A stretch of 64,000 nt of DNA, taken from contig NC_047075.1 in assembly GCF_902459465.1 (NCBI RefSeq), forward strand, positions 310,001-374,000. The letters are read 5' to 3'. This DNA comes from Asterias rubens. Taxonomy: Eukaryota. Shown piece by piece: positions 12,489 to 25,900 of the stretch. The notes beneath the pieces were generated by a model that made no database searches, was not told the DNA's origin, and was given only the letters and a program-made list of their open reading frames with translations. A program made the position numbers and the translations under genes. The number at the start of each line of letters is the position of its first letter. Within the stretch, counting starts at the first letter, position 1.

Positions 12489-13433
12489 AATTGTGGTTTC
12501 ACTCCTACACCGAGGTGTTTTGATCTTGTTATTCTAACCAAAAGATTTCAGAGTGCCAAAGTCGTAAGATGGGGCACTGGAGCTGTATCTATTGTTGGAA
12601 TGCAAAACTTTCAGTAAGCAAATGTTTCAGCAATGGCCACAATGTTCATAGTCTGCACTGATCAATTGTTGCATCAAGAAAGACGCTTGCTGAAATTGCG
12701 TCTGGTGCACATTTCACATTTCAGCCAAAGTGCCCCCATCGGGCGTCTTCAATTTTAGCACTTTATAACCTTGAGTTAATTGAAACAAAGTCAACTTCTT
12801 TGTCCTGGATGCTAGTACTCACTCATAGTACTACATCAATCAACCTTTAAAGTTGTTATCGATCTACATACTACTGCCGATAAACATAAAAACAAAAAAT
12901 TCAAAGCCAAGACTTTTCTTCAGTAAGATTTGGTTACACAGTATACAATTGTTGATTGGCGACTTCAAGACACCAGGTGGCAGTAGACACACCAGTTTAT
13001 GACAGATAGCATCTGTGTTAGTTATAAATTGCGTTCTTATTGCAGACCATTCTTATTGGATTGGATAAGTATTAAAGTTCTGGCGGTTCAATGAATTGGG
13101 AGAGTGTGCCCACAGGAACCTTCTTTTGCACATTGGTACTTTTGAATATCTACCTAAGGGTTAGGGCGCGATGTAAAGGCCCGGTCGCACATGCCCTGAT
13201 AACAAGAACGATAACGAGAACGTTAAAAATGCATGCCCTCGATTGAATGAATAAGCCGGGGCGCATTCTGCGTGGAGCAATTCAACCAATAGAATGCGTT
13301 CTCTTTGCATCGTTTTAGTTTTCATTATCGCTGCAGTGTGACTCGGCCTTAAGGTTAAAAACTTAGAACCATAGAGCAGGTAGTTTTAATGTAAAAGAGA
13401 GAGAAAACTCCAAGAACAAACCCTGAAAGCATG

Positions 13434-16400
13434 TTAGCTTTCTCCACTGATAGCAGATACTACTCTCCTTCTCACAGATTCAAGCTCTTGTAAACCGACC
13501 CCTCCGATGATTTCCACATCTTCGTTGTCTCCGTCATCGTTGGAGTCGTCTCCTCTCCCTTCGTAGCTTTTCGTCAAGTCCACATCGGGTAGACAGTCCT
13601 CCTCAGAATCCAGGTCAGAGTTCGGGAACTCTTCACTTGACCTTTGACCTCCTTCGTTGCTTTCCTCATCGTCAGTGTCAACCTCCTCCTCATGGGTTGG
13701 GGTATTGAGGGAGTTAGTCAAGCCAGTTGGTACAGTACCTGGGCATTAGGGATATTTTACACAATTAGGCTTTGCTACACACATAGTTCAAGAAACGCGG
13801 GTAGCTGAACAACCAAGGGTAGATTTTTCATGTTAAGATTAGTCGTCAGTATTCAGGCCCACAGAGGCAACGAAGGCGATTGCCTCCATGCCCCCTGGTC
13901 ATTGCCTTTGTGCCCTTGAAATGCTCCAATAGAAATTAACAATTTCCTCATAGGGTGCCCTTCACAAGGAGAGAATGCCTTGGTGCTTTTACCCTTTCAA
14001 AAACGAAGCATACAGGGCCGAGTATTATCACAGTGATTTGTGTTGTGACATCACATGTTGCTTGGCAATTAAGATTGATACACAGTTAAGACAAATCTTA
14101 AATTTTGGGAAATCGGCCCCTTGATGAGACCTGAATAAGCGGTTCTGAACCACAGACAATGGATCACCTACTCAGCTGCAGCAGAAATGTGAGGCTAGAG
14201 AACTGGCCAAGTTTAATCAAAGTAACCAAAGACTCTGCTCCACTCAGGCTGAAACACAATATCTAGTGTATGGGTAAAAACAAATTAAGACTTGAACCCT
14301 TTTCACAAGACAGCAACTTGGCAAGGGTCCCATGCTTAATTTTAGCATGGTTGCAAAATTGCACCTCGTGTGAAAGGATAACAATGCTTAGACTGTCCAT
14401 ATAGGTCAGTAAATTTGTGAAGATTTGACTAGGGACCTAAGACAGTCCATGCTGAAACTAAGCAAGGGTCCCCTGCTAAATTGCTTCCGTATGAATAAGG
14501 CTTTAGACTCACCAGTAAGCTGCTCAGTAACTTGACTCATAGCAATACCCATATTATTCATCATGTCCATCATACGCTGCATGGACCGTTCGGTATCTTC
14601 AAGACGTTTCTTAAGGGCAGTCATCTCATCTGGACTACCCTCAGATGCAGCTGAAAGGAAATAATCAATCTCAGGAATTACTAGTAGTCATACAATTGAG
14701 CGCTAAGGAAGGCCTCAAATTAACCCACAGCACCAAAAATGCCCAAGTTTTGCTGTGGTGCCCTTTCTAAAGTTCCAACACAAACTTACAATCCCGGTCG
14801 TGGCACTTGTGCCCTTGTGCAAGTCACTAAACCATAGATGTTTTTTTTTAATAGGATAGTATGTGTATTATGCTCTACCAGCCAGGCTCCTAGTGGATGA
14901 CACACATGCCTACAGCCTTACAGACTGTGAAGGGGGTAACCCTGTTTCAGCCCCAGGAGTAGGTGGCTCCTAGTGGATGATACCCATGCCTACATCCTTA
15001 CAGACTGTGAAGGGGGTAACCCTGTTTCAGCCCCAGGAGTAGGTGGCTCCTAGTGGATGACACACATGCCTACAGCCTTACAGACTGTGAAGGGGGTAAT
15101 CCCCAGGAGTAGGTGGCTCCTAGTGGATGATACCCATGCCTACATCCTTACAGACTGTGAAGGGGGTAACCCTGTTTCAGCCCCAGGAGTAGGTGGCTCC
15201 TAGTGGATGACACACATGCCTACAGCCTTACAGACTGTGAAGGGGGTAATCCCCAGGAGTAGGTGGCTCCTAGTGGATGATACCCATGCCTACATCCTTA
15301 CAGACTGTGAAGGGGGTAACCCTGTTTCAGCCCCAGGAGTAGGTGGCTCCTAGTGGATGACACACATGCCTACAGCCTTACAGACTGTGAAGGGGGTAAT
15401 CCCCAGGAGTAGGTGGCTCCTAGTGGATGACATACATGCCTACAGCCTTACAGACTGTGAAGGGGGTAACCCTGTTTCAGCCCCAGGAGTAGGTGGCTCC
15501 TAGTGGATGACATACATGCCTACAGCCTTACAGACTGTGAAGGGGGTAATCCCCAGGAGTAGCTGGCTCCTAGTGGATGACATACATGCCTACAGCCTTA
15601 CAGACTGTGAAGGGGGTGACCCTGTTTCAGCCCCAGGAGTAGGTGGCTCCTAGTGGATGACATACATGCCTACAGCCTTACAGACTGTGAAGGGGGTAAT
15701 CCCCAGGAGTAGCTGGCTCCTAGTGGATGACATACATGCCTACAGCCTTACAGACTGTGAAGGGGGTGACCCTGTTTCAGCCCCAGGAGTAGGTGGCTCC
15801 TAGTGGATGATACCCATGCCTACATCCTTACAGACTGTGAAGGGGGTAACCCTGTTTCAGCCCCAGGAGTAGGTGGCTCCTAGTGGATGATACCCATGCC
15901 TACATCCTTACAGACTGTGAAGGGGGTAACCCTGTTTCAGCCCCAGGAGTAGGTGGCTCCTAGTGGATGATACCCATGCCTACATCCTTACAGACTGTGA
16001 AGGGGGTAACCCTGTTTCAGCCCCAGGAGTAGGTGGCTCCTAGTGGATGATACCCATGCCTACATCCTTACAGACTGTGAAGGGGGTAACCCAGTTTCAG
16101 CCCCAGGAGTAGGTGGCTCCTAGTGGATGACATACATGCCTACAGCCTTACAGACTGTGAAGGGGGTAAACTTGTTTCAGCCCCAGGAGTAGGTGGCTCC
16201 TAGTGGATGACATACATGCCTACATCCTTACAGACTGTGAAGGGGGTAACCCTGTTTCAGCCCCAGGAGTAGGTGGCTCCTAGTGGATGACACACATGCC
16301 TACATCCTTACAGACTGTGAAGGGGGTAACCCTGTTTCAGCCCCAGGAGTAGCTGGCTCCTAGTGGATGACACACATGCCTACAGCCTTACAGACTGTGA

Positions 16401-19400
16401 AGGGGGTAACCCTGTTTCAGCCCCAGGAGTAGGTGGCTCCTAGTGGATGCTACCCATGCCTACATCCTTACATACTGTGAAGGGGATAAACTTGTTTCAG
16501 CCCCAGGAGTAGGTGGCTCCTAGTGGATGACACACATGCCTACATCCTTACAGACTGTGAAGGGGGTAACCCTGTTTCAGCCCCAGGAGTAGCTGGCTCC
16601 TAGTGGATGACACACATGCCTACAGCCTTACAGACTGTGAAGGGGGTAATCCCCAGGAGTAGGTGGCTCCTAGTGGATGACATACATGCCTACAGCCTTA
16701 CAGACTGTGAAGGGGGTAAACTTGTTTCAGCCCCAGGAGTAGGTGGCTCCTAGTGGATGACACACATGCCTACAGCCTTACAGACTGTGAAGGGGGTAAT
16801 CCCCAGGAGTAGGTGGCTCCTAGTGGATGACATACATGCCTACAGCCTTACAGACTGTGAAGGGGGTAATCCCCAGGAGTAGGTGGCTCCTAGTGGATGA
16901 TACCCATGCCTACAGCCTTACAGACTGTGAAGGGGGTAATCCCCAGGAGTAGGTGGCTCCTAGTGGATGACATACATGCCTACAGCCTTACAGACTGTGA
17001 AGGGGGTAATCCCCAGGAGTAGGTGGCAACATGCCCCTGGTGACAGTCGACCTGGTCGACAGCCCAAATCAAGTGTAGCCCTGACCTTGTAGTGTCCCTC
17101 CAACCTTGTGATGATAGGCAATATCATTTAAAATATTTTACAAATCCCAAAGAAAAATTTATGTGAATAGTCGGTTTTCTTCGTCTCGTAGAATTCCTTG
17201 AGACATGACCCTAAGATGACTTACCCTTGCTCTTAGTAACTGGTGCTGTAGTTCTCGTCTTAGGTGTTGTAGTCTTCCTACTCTTGATACCACTGTAGTT
17301 ATCAGCACGCAGTTGTTCTGATAGCTGTTTCTGAAGCTGTTCCTGTTGGACTCTGTGTAGGATTGCGCTGTCATCTTTCTCTGTTTCCCATGCAGCAGTA
17401 ATGTCTGGCTCATTCGGCTTGTTGGGTTTGTCCTTCAGGAATATCTGGAGTTAAGATAAGTTCAAGTTCAGGGCCAAATTTCATTGAGCTGCCTAATAAG
17501 CATAAAAAGTAGCTAAGCATAACAAAACTATGCTTACAAGAATAAGGTTACCAGCTCAGCTACCATGTCACATGTAGAATTTGTGACTGGTATCCTGCTC
17601 ATTTCTGCTTAGCAGGCAATACTTTCTGCTTCAGTAGCTCTTTTAAATTTGGCCCTGGTGGTTAGATCATCAGGGTGTGGGTTCAAATCCCAGTCATGTC
17701 ACTTGTGTCCTTCAGCAGAAACAATGATCGTAAATACTCCAATGGGAGACTTTTGGGGCGCTTGGTGGCAGCAGACTTACCAGGTAAAATCCATTGTTCT
17801 CGGTCATGTGTGCACGCTCAGAACTACGTAAACAATGGAAATTTACCTGGTAAGTCTGCTGCCACCTAGCGTCCCAAGGTCTCCCATTGCTTACTCTTCA
17901 CCCAGGTACCAGCGAAGGTAGAGCTTGGTGTTGTGTTTAAATAAGTCTTTTGAGCGCACCATGGCAGTCCGGGGCTGTATTCTATAGATACGATATGGAG
18001 GAAGGGAGGGTGTGTACATGTAGTGATTGGGTAAGAGTTTATAATTCAATGTACAGCCCAAGGCCAGTGTTAATCATGACGACACACCCCCTATAATCAT
18101 GATCAAGGGCTGTTGCAGGGAAGATTAACTCACCCTGTACATGATGTATGCAAAATATATCACAATGCCAACAGCATATAGAGGAAGTACTGAACCCATG
18201 ACCCCACGACCTTTAGATGCTTCCTGCTTCTGCTGGGCAAAGTAGGACGCAGGATCCCCAGCTGAAATGGAAAGACAAAAATAACAATCATAGATTATTT
18301 TGATACACAGAAGAAGCATCTCGATTCAGGTATTAATTTTGGTTTTCCCCTTAAACCAATATGTGTTAGCACCTACTCCTGATGCAAACAGCATCTATAA
18401 GACCTAAGAGGGCAAGACCGTTTCATTTCGCAAAGATGCTCCACAAGAAGAAAAAAAATTGTGGAAAGTCTTAGGGAAAATGAAAGTACAAGAACAGAGG
18501 GGAAAGAACAAAAGATGTCTCCATTCTCTAAGGAGATGCATATTTGAGAATGGGTTTTGTCCTTTGCTTCACAATGATGTACAATTAATGCCTAATGCAA
18601 AAATGAGGATGTGCCACTGTGCTTGGGTGGGGCGGGGGTAGTCAGGACTGAAACTTCACGGAGGCAACGAAGGCGATTGCCTATGAGCCCCCTGGTCATT
18701 GCCTTGGTGCCCTTGAAATGCTCCAGTTGAAATTTACAATTTTCTAATAGATACCCTTTACCATGGAGAAAATGCCTTGGTGCCCTTTCAAAGACAAAGC
18801 ATGCAGGCCTGGGTAGTTCTCCTTGGATAAGCTTAAGATTGTTGGGAGACCTTGGACAGTCCCTTACCATGTTTCATGTTACGTTGGGCAGTTCGTTCCA
18901 TCTCCATCCGCCTTGTTGCCCCAGCAGGACTACGCTGTGCGCCCCTCATCTGTGGTGGCATGTCTGTAGGTAAGAAAGACATTAAAGTATTCACTGGACT
19001 AGGGAAGAAACTGATGTTGACTGATTGCCACAGATAAAACAATTACCATATGTATGAGCTAAATGGTAACCCTACACTATAGAAAGTGACATAATTGTTA
19101 AGTTACACTCATTGCAGTTACACTACACTGTCTGTTGGAAAAAAAAGGAATGGAAATTTCCATGGCAGTATAACATTGCATTTGACCCAATAATTGCTGT
19201 ACATGAACAGTGCATATCAATATCATGTACACTTGTCTGCTTGTTGTAGGTCTGTATAGCCTAGATAGACACTTTGTAGAACCATAGAGCAAGATTGGAA
19301 TTTGCTGTAGAAGTTCTCTTTGATTGACTGAAATAGCAATAAATATTGTAAAAAAGCACTGAAGTGAACAGATGAACAAAACAGTTTTGTGTTTTTACAG

Positions 19401-20188
19401 TCTTGCTATTGGTGGAGATTGTGTCACGTGGGGGTGTTTAAACCTTTGATAATGACCAGTGTTAATAACCGGTTGTGAGAAACCCGGTTGTAGCATAGAG
19501 CAAGGAACACAAGGAGTTACAAATCAAGTATAAATCCCTGAAGATCAAATTAATCCGATTAGTGCTGCATCCACCTCCAATGGAAACACTTACACTATGG
19601 TATGGATGTGAACCGCAGCGCCTGTATTAAAAGGTTGTACACATTCCGACCGCAGCCCATGTACCCCATGTGTGTTACCGCATTTCGCTGCTGTTGTTGG
19701 TATAACATTGTTTTCCATTCATAATTATTGGAACGGTAAATAAAGTAGCAACACACAACACAATTAAAAAATATTGTATGCTTTGATCAAAGTTGTGTGT
19801 TGTTTTCCTTTACCCAACTACAGTACAATTCACCATATCATGGGGTAATCCGCAACCCCCCTGTACATTATTCATTAACACGTTACCCAACTTAGTTTAA
19901 TCAACAATAGTATTACTAATGTAACATAAATAAACACAAAGCATGGCAAGCATTTCAAAGAGAGAACACACAATAGTAAATACAATTGTTTTACAACAAA
20001 CGACGACAACAATAATGAGCATTTGTGATTGATTTTAACTCATATTTACCCGGTACTTCCTTCTTTTCGTCTGTCGGTTCTGATCCAAACCATTTTCTGA
20101 ATATATTGCTGAATATCGATGGATATAGGACTGCATTACATAGGACTAAAATGGTAAAAACAAAGCACATCGTATGATGGACCGCCAT
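13434..20188 (-). CDS. RIC3: RIC-3, nicotinic acetylcholine receptor chaperone (341 aa)
   Basis: Six exons with GT-AG boundaries and matching phases: 20188-20050, 18963-18868, 18261-18134, 17444-17225, 14650-14513, 13738-13434 (1026 nt). The protein has an N-terminal hydrophobic segment (MAVHHTMCFVFTILVLCNAVLYPSIF), a second TM with the RIC-3 signature GSVLPLYAVGIVIYFAYIMYRIF, a coiled coil (EMTALKKRLEDTERSMQRMM) and an acidic tail ending VRRR... Confidence 0.93.
13855..14020 (+). mobile_element. About 165-bp non-autonomous element (MITE-like); second copy at 18645-18810
   Basis: Two dispersed copies share gaggcaacgaaggcgattgcct...cctggtcattgcctt(g/t)gtgcccttgaaatgctcca...atgccttggtgc...ctttcaaa...aagcat, with cagg.../...ggcc(tg) ends. 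Confidence 0.7.
14885..17025. repeat. Minisatellite of 80-bp and 70-bp units, 28 copies, in RIC3 intron 4
   Basis: Unit ggctcctagtggatga(cac/tac)...catgcctacagccttacagactgtgaagggggtaa(ccctgtttcag/t)ccccaggagtaggt; ggctcc recurs every 80 or 70 bp. Confidence 0.97.
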
Positions 20189-20225
20189 CTTTATCAAATG
20201 ATTTTTGCTCAATGCTAAGGGAATC

Positions 20226-20540
20226 TAGTCTTGGGCCCAAGACTATAGTGCTTGATGTTGGATAGTGTACTACTACGCGCAGTTGTAAATCGCCAAAGCG
20301 CGCCATCTACGGTAAGATTCAATTTACTGGTCAGCTTGAAATCTAGACTATACTGCAAGTAGTTATAGTTGCTTGCCATTCACAGCATGCAGTTTATAAG
20401 AACTTTATGTTGCAGTATAGTCTAGATTTCAAGCTTGCCAGTAGTATTGAATCATACCGTAGAGGGCGCGCTTTCGCGATTTACAACTGCGCGTAGTTCA
20501 CTTTCCAATATCGAGCACTATAGTCTTGGGCCAAGACTAT
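20226..20540. mobile_element. Foldback element/MITE with about 128-bp inverted arms
   Basis: The left arm (20226-20353) is the reverse complement of the right arm (20411-20540) at roughly 85-90% identity. Both ends carry the palindrome tagtcttgg(g)cccaagacta. Confidence 0.85.
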
Positions 20541-21897
20541 GAGGAATCACGTACAAACCCTACCGGTTACATCGACCCCATCCGATGTACAACGTAATTC
20601 TAAATGCATAGTTAGGGGCGCCAAAATAAATCGTATCTCTGGGGACGGTGATAACAACACTGCGTTGTCGCGTTCTTTGCGTTCCCACGCTTGAAAGACA
20701 TAGAGTTGAAAGAATGGAACCTGACATTTCCCTTCTTGCCTCGTTTTGGGTTGCCTTGCTTTATTGTAAGAAAATCAGACCTCATGAAATTAAATTTAAT
20801 TTCATAAGTCTGTGTGTTGCAATTTCTATCTATGGTAGAAATGTTAAATAATCTAGGCTTGAAGCGGTCAATGTGGTAGGCGAGGCTGCAAATTCATCAG
20901 GAGTTCAGATGGTTAATGATTTAAGAAGAGGATAAGCATTATGTTGAATATTCTTGGTGAAATGTGTAATTTCAGAAAAAAAAGTCATAGAAAAATATTG
21001 AAGGGGTCTAGAAACTTAATTCGTAAAAAAAAAAAATCAATGGGCCTAATAATAAACAAATGAAAATTGTTAGAAGAAACAAAATTGTTAGAAGGCCTAC
21101 AAAATAATTAATGCGAGGGGTGGGTCAGTCTTTTATATGTAGCAAGGTGAATATATCCAGTTATAACAAAAACAGGGAGGAAATTGTCTAAAGCAATGGC
21201 AGTTATGTAATACTTCCTTCATGAATAATACAAATTCTCTGATTTAATTAAATGCATGATTTACTTGATGTAGGTAGGTCGCTAATTAATTAAGAGCACT
21301 TGCATGGATAGATTAATGGTTTGGTACAATGAACGTGAATGTGTTTCAGATAATTGATTATGCCGGGAATAAAGTCAATACAGGCAGGCAACCGTCTGCC
21401 CATGATGTTAATTAATTGAAATGAACTCTGAATGAAACTGAGTAACTTGCAATGTAGAATGAACCGGTTATCTTTTAAATGTTTGTGGTTACTTGGTGTT
21501 GATTGGGGTTCTCTTTCCAAATATCTGTTTTAAAATGTTTTCTTTTCCCCAAATTCTTCTCTTTTGAACAATTTCATTCAGTCCGGTTATGTGCTTCTTT
21601 TATTATAAAACCATAAATTCATTTGTGGCTAGTTCCAAGTGTCAGTTAACTTTATAATTAATTGTAAACATTGCACAATGAGTCAAATTGTACACACAGA
21701 AATCGACCCTCAATCAAAAGAAACACAAGGAAAATCACAAAGTAACTGGTATAAAAACCTTATAACTTTTATTTACTTTGAAATTAACAAAATGCAGTCA
21801 TTTAAATATACATTTGTCTTCCCAGATGGCTGTGTAGGAAAAAACAACCTCTAGCCACCAGGATGGCTCGGTGGTGTAGTTGGTATAAAGACATCAG

Positions 21898-22138
21898 GGC
21901 CAAATTTCATGGAGCTGCTAAGCACAAAAATTTGCTTAGCATGAAATTTCTTCCTTGATAAAAACAGGATTATCAACCAAATATCAATTTGTTGCACATA
22001 GCTTGTTACTGGTATTCAGCCGTTGTTTGCTTATCCCCAAAACCATATGGAAGTTTGGTTGGTCATTTTGTTTTTATCAAGGCAAAAATTTCATGCTAAG
22101 CAAACTTTTGTGCTAGCAGCTCTCTATGAAATCGGGCC
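21898..22138. mobile_element. PIF/Harbinger-like MITE (TIR GGCCCAATTTCAT, CWG flanks) inserted into a tRNA-SINE
   Basis: TIRs ggccaaatttcatggagctgct / gcagctctctatgaaatcgggcc with cag/ctg flanks. The family recurs at about 2750-2995, 6932-7165, 17469-17655, 36773-36905, 41568-41806, 42650-42855, 43077-43324, 62590-62753. Confidence 0.75.
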
Positions 22139-22984
22139 CTGCTCTAGCAATGCAAAGGTAGTGAGGGTTGAATCCCACCCGAGTTATTTGCCTGTGTTTT
22201 TTTTTCACAGAACACCAAAAAGTTAAAACAAAGAAGAGATAATAAGATTGAACCAAAGATTGATGATCTCTCCAAACCATCATGTTGATTTAAGTCTGGG
22301 TGCCAGGGGACTGAGCATCTATCACATAACAGCTGTGGGTACAATCCCCTTTACAACCTCATACCCACAATGGGTTATTTCAGCTGCAACATTGGAATTT
22401 AAACTTCTAAAAGAACGCCCTCTATCAGACAATACATCATTTGAGAGTAAATATTTCAAGATATACCACAAACATTGATAGTGACGTATCGAACCAAGTC
22501 TTGTAGAATCAAAACAAGTTTAAAGATACTTTTTGATGTAGATGTTTATATCATTGTAGTAAACAAAACCCTCTCTATAACTCCTCATTGCCTAATTTGT
22601 TTCTCTTTAATTCCTCTAAAATAGACCCCTTACTATGGGAATCAAAACTGGTTCTTTTAGATGAAACCATGATTTAAAGGGAATGAATACATTTGGTTAC
22701 TTCTCCAAAATTGGGTAAAAGCACTGCAGCTGTTGATAATGTGTAACATGTATAATTAATATTTTGGGCACCAATTCCATTTACAGAATGTGGTTTTGAA
22801 GAAGAGCCAAAACTATTTTGAATGAGGAAAATGTTTAAATTGTTTTGGAACTTTGCAAAGGACATCACAGCAAAAGCACAAAGCACCACTGCAATAGCTG
22901 TGGGTTTCGTGGCCGTGGGTTATTTTGAGGCCCGGGATAAGGCCTTTGAAGGAGTCTACAAAAATAAACAGAGGTCAAGTTTCT

Positions 22985-25900
22985 TTATCTCATAATATTT
23001 GACCTAATGGTCTCCTTATCATTCATTGGATAACCATCTACTGAATATTCATTAGTTTGCATAATATCAATGACATCACTATCAGTTACTTCCATTGATG
23101 TAAAACTCTGTGTATTGAACCCACTATCTGCCTGCATTGGTGTGACCTCTCGCTGGATGACCTTTGACCTTGGACTTGCTGCCGGGAACCCTCCAAGTGT
23201 AACAGACTTTTGATGTATAAACTTTCCATCAGGTTCTGGGCTGGAACCATCTAAGTCGAGGTGGGTACCATCTAAGCCAAGGTGGGATTTTGATGTTGTA
23301 GGAATAGCGCTGAGTACCGATGAAGTATTACTGGGTACCAGTTTTAAGGTGGAAGTGAGTTGCTTTCGGGATGTGAATAACTGGTGCCGCATGCTCTCAT
23401 CAACTTGAAATGATGGGATATCGTCGGAACTGTACATGCTACTGCCAACTGGGTTGAGCATCTCCTGGTCATCGTCAAGGAACAGATGGTCCTCCGATGG
23501 TTGAGTACCACTACAGGTTAAATCATCAGAACACTTGCTGGGGTTGAATACATACGACTGCTCCATACTACACATGGAAGAGGAAGCTGCGTCTGGGCTG
23601 GATGATTCAGAATCGATGGAATCACTGTGATCATTGGAATCACTAAGATCAGTTGGGTCTCTTACTGTCAATAAATCACTCGCTTGAAGGAAGTCAGTCA
23701 TGGGTACATCATCTATGAATAAAATATATACAACAAAATCAATCAAATTGATGTATCCAAATTGGCTGTTACAGCTATGGTTACGACTGTTGCTATGGGT
23801 GTTGTTAAAGAAATACTCTACTTCAATGCAATAGCGGAAACCTGGCTGCCTAGAGAAGACTGGTGCTTCACTCCCTGATGACCCAGCACCCCACAACTCT
23901 TGTGGGAGACAAGGATCAAGCCTTGTGGGAGATGAAGATAAAGACAATACCAACTTAAAATCGGAGTTGGCGGCTACAGCTACGACTCTTGCCAAGATTG
24001 TTGCTAAGGGTATCATTTCAATGTTGTTGTTGTTGTTTCGTTTTTATTTTATTTTTTATAATCTCCAGTCAAGGGAAATCATCAAACTCCCACAAGGGGA
24101 TATAAACACCAAGCTGGCAACATCAAATCTCTCTCATACAAACATTGGTTTTAACTTCAATGATGAATTGCACAAATCTAGAAATTGAGATTCAGTAACT
24201 ATAGATGACAATAGTTACTCCAGTCTTTGCTGAATGAGTGATTAGCTTGGACATTTGAACCAACAACTTTGTAATTGTAATTTCGGCTGTCCAACCACTG
24301 GATCCATGTATGATGACGCACAAATCTAGACTTAGCCGGCAATTCAGATAAAGGATTTCTACAAACTTTATCGTACCAATTTTGTCTGCCACAGATGTAG
24401 GGTTTTTCTCAAACTCGACATCACTTGCGCAGAATGACATTGCCATTATCTCTTCACTCGAGGGCGCTAGAAGCATCTCGCTGGACTTGGATTGAGGATT
24501 TGCAAAGATGGGTGAGGCTTCTGGTAGTAATAAACCACTAGAGGGCGCTCCACTTGTGTTGGAAGAGTTCAATACTAGCTGGGGAGAATCTATCAAATCA
24601 AATGTTTCATTATTATTGTTATTTATTTGACAAAGAAAAACCAAAAGGAGCAAAAACAAGAAGATGAATAAAAAAGTAATCCAAACGAAAATAATAACAG
24701 GGAAACAACAGAAAGGAACAAATAGGTAAGAAGGCCCTGAAGAATTAATAAAAAGTGTGAACAAATATTTGACCTTTGTTATCTTTTCTTAGTCAAGTCA
24801 GGGTTTTATTGTGGCAACAATTTTTTTAAATGAAACCGATAACTCCAGTAGTTCTTAAAAGTAAACAAAAATAAATAAATACCGCACATGAGTGCAGAAT
24901 TTGGTTATCTTCGGCAAGGATTTTCTAGTTTAAGAAAGTTCTGTGCTTATAAATGATGTAAACTCTGACGTCACTCGAAAACCATAACATGATTCGTGCG
25001 CATACCGCCCGAAACCTCTGTGTTTTGGCAGCCAGCTAGAAAGTGTATGCAATCTTACCATGACTACGCGTCTTTTTGCCCGGCGAAACATGATGTATAC
25101 ATTGTTTTGTCAACAGAGGGCGGTTTGAATGTAAACATAGGTCACATCGTCTATAAGCAGCTCTATGACCTTGGACCCAGTACCTGTTGCTGGTGAGTAT
25201 ACACTGCCTGAGATGGGAGAGAAAGCTGGAGAGCACATGAGACCAGTGGATGTAGAGCCTTGACGACAAGGTGTCCAACGTCCAGGCGTCATCTTACTAG
25301 AGATAGGACTCGATGAAAACTGACTCTGTAGAGAAATTCAACAGCAATTTACAATCAGTAATAACCAACATGTTTTATGGAAGGTCTAAGTCTTGACTCT
25401 TAACATCTCCAACATCTCGTCTAACATCTCCAAAATTTGCAATCGCTGGTTGCCATAGTTTATTCTGTAGAGCTTCTGCTTCATAGGGTGCTTTTGATTA
25501 GCTTCCCTGTGTTGACCCTGCTGTGCTCACTCAGGTGAGCCCCTGACAAGAGGTAATCGAACGATCACACTCGCCCTTTCATGGTGACGTGATGCAACTT
25601 AGGCCAGCCCCAAGTGACCCGTTCCACAAGCAGGGCACTTGGGACTGACCCGGTTGAGCCCCTGGGGAAGCTAATTGAACGCACCCATTAATACCTTTAA
25701 ACAGTGGATTTGAATTTCCACTCATGAAGCATGTGTACACGCTACTTGAGACAATTTAACTTTTGGCAAACGAATCAGGGAAGTGAATTTGACAAGATAA
25801 ACAATAAACCTTTGAACTTACTTGCACTGATTCTGGAGTATTGACAAGACTAATATCTGAACTTGATAATGTAGAGTCATCTACTTGTCTAATGGGAGAA

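Noticed and set aside
14885-17025. Regular repeat array superficially resembling a CRISPR locus
   Set aside because: There are no unique spacers and no cas genes; the units are contiguous near-identical copies inside a eukaryotic intron. The same applies to the other arrays.
23713-24016. N-terminal 100 aa of the 343-aa ORF as a standalone gene
   Set aside because: The homologous part starts at the acceptor at 23712; the upstream part is intronic and includes a dispersed repeat (gtagctgtagccgccaactccgat, also near 59460 and 63440).
24192-24764. 190-aa ORF with a hydrophobic N-terminus
   Set aside because: Only 24589-24377 is a BORA exon; the hydrophobic part is a translated polypyrimidine tract and the tail is intron read-through.
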